Under the pieces are notes generated by a model. It was not told the DNA's origin. It did no database searches and saw nothing but the letters and a program-made list of their open reading frames with translations. A program made the translations under genes and the position numbers. DNA of 61,848 nucleotides, filler included. It is 6 parts of 6 records of this genome, joined end to end, with 100 filler letters (N's around TTAATTAATTAA, not from the genome) between each part and the next. Parts side by side here need not be neighbours in the genome. Positions count along the whole stretch, not along the records: positions 24,755 to 41,250 come from SRR2962707_2824; 5 more parts are not named here. One strand, 5' to 3'. Numbering within the stretch: position 1 is the first letter of the stretch; the number at the start of each line of letters is the position of its first letter. This document shows positions 30,067 to 38,857 of this stretch, piece by piece.

Positions 30067-30507
30067 ATGTTTCTATCGGAACTGAATGAGCCCCAAAAAC
30101 ACGCCTTTCTGGTCCTGGCACATCGGATCACACAGGCCGACGGCGAGGATTCAGCCGAAGAGAACGAAGCCCTGGAATCGCTCTCGGCCGAGATGGACAT
30201 CCCCTTCGACACCGACATGAAGGCGATCCTCGCAGATATCGACATCAGCATGTTCAACACCCACCGCGCACGCGTCATCGCCGCGCTGGAACTGATGCGG
30301 ATGGTCTATGCAGACGATTACGTGCACGAAGCCGAAGTCGCCGAGGTCCTCAAAATCTGCAAGGCCATGGCCTTCCCGGAACCGTGGATCGTCACCATGC
30401 GGGAATGGGCAAAGCGGCTGAGCTGGACCGAGGAAGATACCGCCGACGCCCAGCGCGCCGATTATCACAGGGCGCTGGTCGATTATGCGCACAGCATCAT
30501 GGGCTGA
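30067..30507 (+). CDS. TerB-like (tellurite resistance/DjlA N-terminal fold) protein
   Basis: MFLSELNEPQKHAFLVLA...ADG...EE and MVYADDYVHEAE: duplicated AD(G)..E motifs. Confidence 0.7.
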   Translation: MFLSELNEPQKHAFLVLAHRITQADGEDSAEENEALESLSAEMDIPFDTDMKAILADIDISMFNTHRARVIAALELMRMVYADDYVHEAEVAEVLKICKAMAFPEPWIVTMREWAKRLSWTEEDTADAQRADYHRALVDYAHSIMG

Positions 30508-30629
30508 GCCTGCGTTCAGCCTGCGGCCGGTTGCAGGTCAGTTTGATTATAATTTTTGCGTGTGCTGGATCGGCTGCAGAACTTCCGCTATGTTTTATGA
30601 AACATAAAACAAAACATGCGGAGGAAACG

Positions 30630-31481
30630 ATGAGCAAACTTGATAATGCCGGCACGCCTGAAAACCTGGCCCTGCCGCTCAAGGTCTATTGGCAGCCGGG
30701 TTGTTCGAGCTGTCTCAAAACCAAGGAATTCCTGCTCGAGCACGGCGTCCCCTTCCTGTCGGTCAATGTTCTCGACGACGAACAGGGCTTCAAGGAACTG
30801 GAAGCGCTCGGGGTGCGGCTGGTACCGATCGTTGCGCGCGGCGATGTCTGGGCCAACGGTGCCGTGTTCCGCGATGTCGCCCGGGTCGCCGGGTTCGAAT
30901 ACGGCGAGCACAAGATGCTGACACCCGAACAGATGAAGGACAGGGTGCTGATGATCCTTGATGCAGCAGCCCGCTATCTGCAGCAGATCCCCGACGACAA
31001 GCTCGACGTCGTATTGCCGGGCCGGCCCCGGTCCTACCGCCAGCTCGTCTATCACGTCTTCGATATTCCCAAGGTCTTTCTCGACATGGTCGAAGAGGAC
31101 ATTCCCTACACCTACGAAGCGCTGCTTTCCGTTCTCCCCGATGAAATGGCGACCAAACAGGATTTGCTGGACTACGGTCAGGGCAATCGCAAGCGCTTCA
31201 CCGACTGGTGGGAACGGGAAGGCAAGACCACCGATTTCAAACAGCCCGCCGATGTCTATTACGGCGAGGTTTCGCTGCACGAAGTCCTGGAACGGACCTG
31301 CTGGCATTCCGGTCAGCACACCCGCCAGATCATCCTGATGCTGCGTGAAAAGCTCGGGGTTGAGCCGGACGGGCCTCTCGACGACAGCGATTTCGAAGGT
31401 CTGCCGCTGCCCAAAAACGTCTGGGACAACGAACGCTCCTTCGACGAAGCCTCCTACGCGGGGCCTGTTGCAGTCAGTTGA
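30630..31481 (+). CDS. glutaredoxin-like (CSSC) domain fused to DinB-like domain
   Basis: RBS GGAGG; VYWQPGCSSCLKTKEFL, VPIV cis-Pro; RSYRQLVYHVF and ERTCWHSGQHTRQI DinB His motifs. Confidence 0.78.
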   Translation: MSKLDNAGTPENLALPLKVYWQPGCSSCLKTKEFLLEHGVPFLSVNVLDDEQGFKELEALGVRLVPIVARGDVWANGAVFRDVARVAGFEYGEHKMLTPEQMKDRVLMILDAAARYLQQIPDDKLDVVLPGRPRSYRQLVYHVFDIPKVFLDMVEEDIPYTYEALLSVLPDEMATKQDLLDYGQGNRKRFTDWWEREGKTTDFKQPADVYYGEVSLHEVLERTCWHSGQHTRQIILMLREKLGVEPDGPLDDSDFEGLPLPKNVWDNERSFDEASYAGPVAVS

Positions 31482-31652
31482 TTTCGCGAACCGGCCGCGC
31501 CGCCACTTTGCTGTATGCGCGTGGCGTGGCCGGTTCCATTCTGCCGCATGGCAGTATCCCGCTAGTCACCTGCATTCACCCTGTCTGCCGCCAGCCGCAC
31601 CTGTTACAGTCGCAGGGTTGAACTGGATGTTATTTGCGTGGACAGCGGCCCG

Positions 31653-32162
31653 ATGAACGAGCACCCCAAACTTTATCACCTCCGGGATGTCGGCATTGAA
31701 AACAATCCGCTTCCGGTGTTTGACGAGGTACTCGCCTACTGGCACGCGTGCCGGGGTGACCGGTTTGCGCCGTCGTGGACCGATATAAATCTGATGGCGC
31801 TGCCGCCACAAGTACTGCCCTTCACCATCGTCGTCGATATACAGTCCCCGCCGCAGCCGATCCTTTACCGCTATTACGGTTCGGGCATCGCCAAGAATCA
31901 TGGCTTTGAAATGACCAATCGCACCAGCGACGATATCGAGCCCGAGCAATTGCGCCAGCATATCCTCAGCCAGTACGCGATCATCGTCGAGGCCCGCGCC
32001 CCCCGCCTGTTCGCGACGGATATCTATGTGAAGCACGGGCTTCGGCTGCAGGACCTTGTCCTGCGCCTGCCGCTGTCAGGTAACGGCGAAACGGTCACCA
32101 ATGTGATCACCGTGGAACAGCACTGGAACAAAGATCAGACGCCAACGGGTATAAACATCTGA
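31653..32162 (+). CDS. standalone PAS-like domain protein (PAS_5 type)
   Basis: LAYWHACRGDRFAPSWTDI, YRYYGSGI, LRLPLSGNGETVTNVI. Confidence 0.72.
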   Translation: MNEHPKLYHLRDVGIENNPLPVFDEVLAYWHACRGDRFAPSWTDINLMALPPQVLPFTIVVDIQSPPQPILYRYYGSGIAKNHGFEMTNRTSDDIEPEQLRQHILSQYAIIVEARAPRLFATDIYVKHGLRLQDLVLRLPLSGNGETVTNVITVEQHWNKDQTPTGINI

Positions 32163-32238
32163 TCTGCGTCCGTTTCTGTTAATCTTTCGTGTCATGGCGG
32201 ATATACGGTTGCATCACGCGGCCGGACACGTTCTAAAT

Positions 32239-32253
32239 TGCTGCAATGCAGCA
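32239..32253. promoter_or_regulatory. palindromic operator, PhaR-like
   Basis: TGCTGCA-A-TGCAGCA perfect inverted repeat 12 nt before the fabI ATG; contains CTGC-N3-GCAG. Confidence 0.5.
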
Positions 32254-32265
32254 TAAAGACGCCCC

Positions 32266-33034
32266 ATGACCAGAATTCTCGACGGAAAGCGCGGCCTTGT
32301 GGTCGGCATCGCCAACAACCAGTCCATCGCCTATGGGTGTGCGCGGGCTTTTGCCGACGCCGGTGCGGAACTGGCGGTCACCTATCTCAACGACAAATCC
32401 AGGAGCTATGTCGAGCCGCTTGCGGAAGAGCTCAACGCCGGAATTTTTTCTACCCTGTGACGTGCGCGAGCCCGGGCAACTGGAAAGCCTGTTCGACACC
32501 ATCGCCGACACCTGGGGGAAACTGGATTTTGTGCTGCATTCGATTGCTTTTGCGCCGCGTGAAGACCTGCACGGCCGGGTCACGGACTGTTCACGCGACG
32601 GGTTCGATATCGCGATGAACGTGTCATGCCATTCGTTCATCCGCATGGCCCACTATGCCGAACCGCTGATGACCGATGGCGGCGCCCTGATGACCGTCAG
32701 TTTCTATGGCGCCGAGAAAGCGGTTTCGTCCTACAACGTGATGGGCCCCGTGAAGGCAGCACTGGAGGCATCCGTACGCTACATGGCAGCGGAAATGGGG
32801 CCGAACGGGATACGTGTTTATGCGCTGTCACCGGGGCCGCTGAGTACGCGCGCCGCGTCGGGGATTGATCGCTTTGACGAATTGATGGAAGCCGCCGCGA
32901 AGAAAGCGCCGATGCATGCCCTGGTCACCCTGGAGCAGATCGGCAATCTCGCCGCTTTCCTGGCGTCAGACAACGCCGACGGCATGACCGGCAACGTGGT
33001 CTATATCGATAACGGCTATAATATCATCGGTTGA
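32266..33034 (+). pseudogene. fabI: enoyl-ACP reductase FabI, frameshifted at a T6 run (or sequencing error)
   Basis: GKRGLVVGIANNQSIAYG...ELNAGIF lies in one frame and LPCDV...HSIAFAP...YNVMGPVKAALE...TRAASGI in another; deleting one T at 32444-32449 joins them. Confidence 0.85.
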
Positions 33035-33217
33035 TGCGCCGAATGACTGTCGGGGCAGAATCGTTCACCGCAGAGCCTAGCAGCGCGGCTTAATCTATCC
33101 CTTAACGAGTACAACAATCTTTATAGTTGAATTATATACTATTAAATAGTTATTATAAAAATGAAGACTCGTTATAAGAGTATTCTGATTGTTGAAACGA
33201 TAACAGGGAGAGTTGAA

Positions 33218-33463
33218 ATGGCCGTATCAATTGGCGGAACCATCACCATCAACATCAAGGATCTGAACATGCTGCCGAGCAGCGATGCCGACTGCGAAGC
33301 TTTTTGCCTTCAAGTCATCGGCCCGGAATGCTGGCAACAGATCGATTCCATACGGGGTTTGTCCGCCACCGGCGTTTCGGGAGCGACCCGCGCCGGATCG
33401 GCGGACCCGGATCTGGCTGCCAAAAGCGTCAGCATCGGCGTGTCGATCACCGGCACTTTCTGA
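33218..33463 (+). CDS. 81-aa hypothetical protein with related terminal beta-strand motifs; candidate metacaspase substrate
   Basis: RBS AGGGAG upstream of ATG 33218; codon usage like its neighbours; co-oriented 67 nt upstream of the metacaspase. Confidence 0.75.
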   Translation: MAVSIGGTITINIKDLNMLPSSDADCEAFCLQVIGPECWQQIDSIRGLSATGVSGATRAGSADPDLAAKSVSIGVSITGTF

Positions 33464-33469
33464 GACAAT

Positions 33470-33499
33470 GGTCAGGTCCGGTTCAAGCCGGGCCTGACC
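33470..33499 (+). promoter_or_regulatory. intercistronic stem-loop
   Basis: GGTCAGGTCCGG-TTCAAG-CCGGGCCTGACC, 12-bp stem (one G-U), no U-tail. Confidence 0.65.
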
Positions 33500-33530
33500 G
33501 AACTCTGTACCTCAAGGCAGGAGTTCCATC

Positions 33531-34310
33531 ATGAAAAAGAAAGCCCTACTCGTCGGCATCAACAAGTATTCAATTGAAACCGAAAATCTGCGCGGCTGCA
33601 TCAATGATGTGATCAACCTCAAGGATATCCTGATCCAGAAGCGGGGGTTTCAGCCGGATGACATCAAGCTGGTCCTCGATGAAGCGGCAACCGACATCAA
33701 TATCAAGCAGTGCCTCAGCGAGCTTGTTTCGGACTCCGTAAGCGGCGACCAGCTCGTCTTCGGGTTTTCCGGGCACGGCGTGCAGAAAGGGTACAATCAA
33801 CCCGGCGAAGAAGATGGGCGTGATGAAGCCATCGTGCCGCATAACATCTCATATGAGTCACTGATTACCGATGACGAGCTGTTCGACATTATCACGCAAC
33901 GTGTCCACGGGCCCGATATCAAGTTCACGGCAATCTATGACTGCTGTCATTCCGGCACCTTGGCACGGTCGATGAGCTTCGATGACGCAGGCAATCTGGT
34001 GATCGTTGCGAACAGATGCCTCAACATGCCGGATATTCTCATTCTACAGCAACGTACCCGGCGTGCGATGATCGGCCCTTATAACGTACTGTCCGCCTGC
34101 AAGGACGCCGAGACGGCGGCAGACCTGAAACCGTCTGGCAGCGATTACCGCGGCGCATTCAGCTACAGTCTGCACAATGTCTGGGGTAACAACATCGACA
34201 TGCCGATCAACGATCTGGAAGGGCCGGTGATGCAGGGCATCAAGGACATCAGCCCGCACAAGCAGACGCCGCAGTACTACGCCGTTGATCCTGCACTGCC
34301 CGCCTTGTGA
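33531..34310 (+). CDS. standalone metacaspase (peptidase C14)
   Basis: KKALLVGINKY, LRGCINDV, FSGHG (catalytic His), DGRDEAIVP, YDCCHSGT (catalytic Cys), LSACKDAETAAD, GAFSYSL, QTPQ; RBS AGGAG. Confidence 0.92.
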   Translation: MKKKALLVGINKYSIETENLRGCINDVINLKDILIQKRGFQPDDIKLVLDEAATDINIKQCLSELVSDSVSGDQLVFGFSGHGVQKGYNQPGEEDGRDEAIVPHNISYESLITDDELFDIITQRVHGPDIKFTAIYDCCHSGTLARSMSFDDAGNLVIVANRCLNMPDILILQQRTRRAMIGPYNVLSACKDAETAADLKPSGSDYRGAFSYSLHNVWGNNIDMPINDLEGPVMQGIKDISPHKQTPQYYAVDPALPAL

Positions 34311-34365
34311 CGTGCAGGATCGGTGCCGCAGGCGCAGCTAAACCTATCAATCAACTTGGGGAGGC

Positions 34366-34545
34366 TCAGGCGCCCTGCGCCTGCAGCCGCTTGGCCTGGG
34401 AAATCGCGTCTTTGAGGTTCGTGTATTTGTAGCCGCCGATATGAAAGCAGTCGACCGGGATATTGGTGATCCCGTACTCGATCATGAGACCCTTGTTTTC
34501 AGTGGCGTCGGCTTTGCCGGCATTGCCTTTTGTCGGTTCAATCAT
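34366..34545 (-). CDS. 59-aa small protein (absent from the ORF track)
   Basis: GGAG RBS; MIEPTKGNAGKADATENKGLMIEYGITNIPVDCFHIGGYKYTNLKDAISQAKRLQAQGA*. Confidence 0.7.
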   Translation of the reverse strand: MIEPTKGNAGKADATENKGLMIEYGITNIPVDCFHIGGYKYTNLKDAISQAKRLQAQGA

Positions 34546-34765
34546 TGTGTTTCTCCGTTCTGGTTGTTTTGCATCGAGGCCCTGAGGGGTCCGCTGCGCC
34601 GCCGACCATCGCCGTGCCGCAGCAGAAAGGCCGCACGGCCGGTGTCGTCTGGCGGGTATAGCCGCATTTACTGCAATGAATGAACACGGCAGCGGGGACG
34701 CTCAGGTTACGGTCGGGTGTCAGGGGCGGCGGCGCCTTGCCGTTCGCCCCCGGTGCAGGGATGCC

Positions 34766-34888
34766 TCAGGTTTTTCTCGCAGACGTGTCGTCAGCAGGTT
34801 TTTTCTCAGGCTGCGCCGGTGCCGTCGCGACGACCGGTGTGGCCGGCTTTTCCGTTTTCGAGCCTGTAGAGAATGATTTGAAGGACAT
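34766..34888 (-). CDS. 40-aa Ala/Pro/Lys-rich small protein (absent from the ORF track)
   Basis: AAGGGA RBS; MSFKSFSTGSKTEKPATPVVATAPAQPEKKPADDTSARKT*; downstream of an AT-rich promoter-like tract. Confidence 0.55.
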   Translation of the reverse strand: MSFKSFSTGSKTEKPATPVVATAPAQPEKKPADDTSARKT

Positions 34889-35107
34889 GGGATCGTCCCT
34901 TTCAATTACGGACGGAAATGATATTCCATCACGCAGACAGTAGTCTCAATTAAGTATTTATGCAAGTTATATATTTAAAAATACTCATATATTACAATTA
35001 TTTAAACAATTTTATCTAATTATTATTTATGCCTTTATTTTATTTTTATTGTATTTTATTGCACGATTACAGCCCTTTAGAGACGCAACCCTTATGGCAG
35101 ACATGCG

Positions 35108-35134
35108 GAAAGCCCCGCCCCCAGGGGCGGGACA
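35108..35134 (-). terminator. probable ccrM terminator
   Basis: Minus strand CCCGCCCC-TG-GGGGCGGG stem followed by GCTTTC, about 35 nt after the ccrM stop. Confidence 0.5.
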
Positions 35135-35166
35135 GATCCGGCAGTTGATTGAAAACGTGATGCCGC

Positions 35167-36361
<1,195 letters not shown>

Positions 36362-36388
36362 CGGGACAAGATATAGAAGTCCACGCAA

Positions 36389-38809
36389 TCAGCCACGCAG
36401 GCGCCCCCCCGCAGGATCGAACGGTGGTTCGGCGAGGATCGTCGCGCCGTGCGGCTGGCCCAGCACCATCACCTCGACGCGCGCGCCCGGTTCCGCGTCC
36501 CGCACATAACCGAGGGCCAGCGACATGCCGACGCTGTAGCCGTAGGCGCCGGAGCTGACACGGCCGATCCCCTTGCCGTCCAGAAAGATCGGTTCGCCGC
36601 CGGTGGCGTCGGCGTTGGAGGCATTCACGGCGTCCTCGTCGAGATGCAGGATGACTATCCGCTCGCGTGCCGGGTTGCCCAGAACGGCCGCGAGCGCGTC
36701 CTTGTTGAGGAAATCCTTGTCCATTCGGCACAGCCGGTCGAGGCCACATTCCTGCGGCCAGTATTCGGGACTGAATTCGCGCGACCAGCTGCCGTATCCC
36801 TTTTCCAGACGCAGCGCCATCAGTGCACGGCTGCCGACCGGCCCGGCCCCAAAAGTCTTCCCCGTTTCGATCAGGGCATCATACAGACGCTGTTGGTCTG
36901 CCGTCGCACAGTGCAGTTCCCAGCCCAGATCACCGGTAAATGACACCCGAAGTGCCAGCACCTCGACCCCGGCAACGGTGATCGCCTTCGAGCGCATGAA
37001 GGGAAAGTCCCCGGTCTCGAGCGACGCGTCGGTCAGTTGCTGCAGCAGTGCACGCGATTGCGGCCCGGCGACGTTGAAGCCGCACACGGCTTCGGTCAAC
37101 GAGGTAAACGTGGTGCCTTCCGGCAGCGCGACCTGTTTGAAAAACCGCTTGTGATATCGCTCGGCCATCCCCGATCCGATGATCCGGAAGCTGTCGTCCC
37201 CGACGCGGGTTACCGTGAAGTCGCCGGCGATCCCGCCGCGCTTGCCGATCAGCGGCGTCAGACAGGACCGGCCCACGGCCGTCGGCATGTTGTTGGCGAA
37301 GACGGCGTTGAGCCAGTCCTCGGCACCCGGCCCCGCACAGACATATTCGGCGAAGTTCGAGATATCGATGATTCCGGCGCGTTCCCGGAGCATCCGGCAT
37401 TCGTCACCGACCGGCCCCCACCAGTTCTGCCGCGTGAAGCCGTTGGTATCTTCGGCGCCGGGGGCGTCTGCGAACCAAAGCGGATGCTCCCATCCGGCGT
37501 TCAGGCCGAATACCGCACCCAACGCCTTTTGTGTTTCATAGACCGGGCGCGTCCGTGCCGGGCGTCCGGCGGCGCGTTCCTCGTTCGGAAAATGAATGGC
37601 GAAACGGTGTGCGTACTGATCCGCCACCCGCGCCTTGGTGAAGGCCTTCGTCGCCCAGCTGTCGAACCGGGCCATGTCCCAGGCGAACATGTCGTACTGG
37701 GGTTCCCCCTCGATGATCCACTGCGCCGCCATCAGGCCCATGCCGCCCGATTGCGAGAACCCCGGGATAATGCCGTTGCAGCAGAAATACCCTTCCAACT
37801 CAGGCACCGGCCCCATCAGCACGTTTGCATCCGGCGACCAGATCATCGGGCCGTTGATGCCGCGCTTGATGCCGGCTTCACCGACGACCGGCACGCGTTC
37901 GATGGCATTCATGATATTCTCTTCGATCCGCTCCAGGTCGTCCGGGAACAGGTCGTGACCGAAATCGGCGGGGGTGCCGTCCTCGGCCCAGAATTTCATG
38001 TTGCGTTCATAGGCGCCGACCAGCAGCCCCTTGCCTTCCTGGCGCAGATAATACTCGCCGTCACGATCGGACACCGACGGCAGCCGGCGGTCCATGGCTT
38101 CGATTTCAGCAATGCTTTCGGTGACGAAGTACTGGTGTTCGGTCGGCTGCAACGGCAGTTCGATACCGGCCATCGCCGCGACCTCACGGCCCCAAAGTCC
38201 GGCCACGTTGACCACCCACGGCGTGCGGATGTCGCCGTTCGGCGTGCGCACGATCCAGGTGCCGTCGGCCTGCGGCTCGGTGGCGGTTACGGGGGTGAAG
38301 CGGTGAATTTCCGCGCCTCGCTGGCGCGCGCCGATGGCATACGCATTCGTCACCCCCGACGGATCGACGTTGCCGCCCTCCGGTTCGTACATGACGCACC
38401 GGATGCCCGTGAAATCGACAAGCGGGTTGAGTTCCTTCGCTTCGTCGATACTGATCTCGTAGAAGTTCATCCCATAGAGTTTGGCCTTGGCGGCCTGTAG
38501 GCGGAGTTGGTGCTCGCGCATCTCGGTTTGTGCCAGATACAGCGAGCCGGGCTGGAACACGCCGCAGCTCTGCCCGGTCTCAGCCTCGAGTTCCTTGTAG
38601 AGATTCATGGTGTAGTGCTGAATGCGGCTGATGTTGGTGCTGTCGTGCAGCCCGTGAATATTCGCCGCCGCATGCCAGGTGCTGCCGCTGGTCAGCTCGT
38701 TCCGTTCCAGCAGGACGACATCGGTCCAGCCCAGTTTGGCGAGATGATAAAGGACAGAGCATCCGATGACGCCGCCGCCAATGACGACGGCCTGTGCTTC
38801 GTTACGCAA
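36389..38809 (-). CDS. GcvT-family FAD-dependent oxidoreductase (dimethylglycine dehydrogenase-like)
   Basis: VIGGGVIG, ELTSGSTWHAA, EHQYFVT, RVSFTGDLGWELH, LRLEKGY; TTG start. Confidence 0.9.
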   Translation of the reverse strand: MRNEAQAVVIGGGVIGCSVLYHLAKLGWTDVVLLERNELTSGSTWHAAANIHGLHDSTNISRIQHYTMNLYKELEAETGQSCGVFQPGSLYLAQTEMREHQLRLQAAKAKLYGMNFYEISIDEAKELNPLVDFTGIRCVMYEPEGGNVDPSGVTNAYAIGARQRGAEIHRFTPVTATEPQADGTWIVRTPNGDIRTPWVVNVAGLWGREVAAMAGIELPLQPTEHQYFVTESIAEIEAMDRRLPSVSDRDGEYYLRQEGKGLLVGAYERNMKFWAEDGTPADFGHDLFPDDLERIEENIMNAIERVPVVGEAGIKRGINGPMIWSPDANVLMGPVPELEGYFCCNGIIPGFSQSGGMGLMAAQWIIEGEPQYDMFAWDMARFDSWATKAFTKARVADQYAHRFAIHFPNEERAAGRPARTRPVYETQKALGAVFGLNAGWEHPLWFADAPGAEDTNGFTRQNWWGPVGDECRMLRERAGIIDISNFAEYVCAGPGAEDWLNAVFANNMPTAVGRSCLTPLIGKRGGIAGDFTVTRVGDDSFRIIGSGMAERYHKRFFKQVALPEGTTFTSLTEAVCGFNVAGPQSRALLQQLTDASLETGDFPFMRSKAITVAGVEVLALRVSFTGDLGWELHCATADQQRLYDALIETGKTFGAGPVGSRALMALRLEKGYGSWSREFSPEYWPQECGLDRLCRMDKDFLNKDALAAVLGNPARERIVILHLDEDAVNASNADATGGEPIFLDGKGIGRVSSGAYGYSVGMSLALGYVRDAEPGARVEVMVLGQPHGATILAEPPFDPAGGRLRG

Positions 38810-38857
38810 TGTGTGGAACTTTCGTCAGATGATTCGTGAGGGAATTAATTTTCATCA

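Noticed and set aside
33090-33106. CtrA box upstream of the peptide-metacaspase unit
   Set aside because: TTAA-N8-TTAAC has the wrong spacing (N7 expected) and lies in AT-rich DNA where chance matches are likely.
33161-33217. Longer 100-aa version of the small ORF
   Set aside because: The extension lies in AT-rich promoter-like DNA without an RBS; the AGGGAG RBS supports ATG 33218.
34945-35062. Replication origin (DUE) near ccrM
   Set aside because: No DnaA boxes (TTATCCACA-like) seen and no dnaA/hemE/parAB/rep context.
37037-38500. 487-aa plus-strand ORF, and similar long antisense ORFs at 42478-44022 and 59251-60645
   Set aside because: They lie opposite well-supported genes and have no protein-family features.
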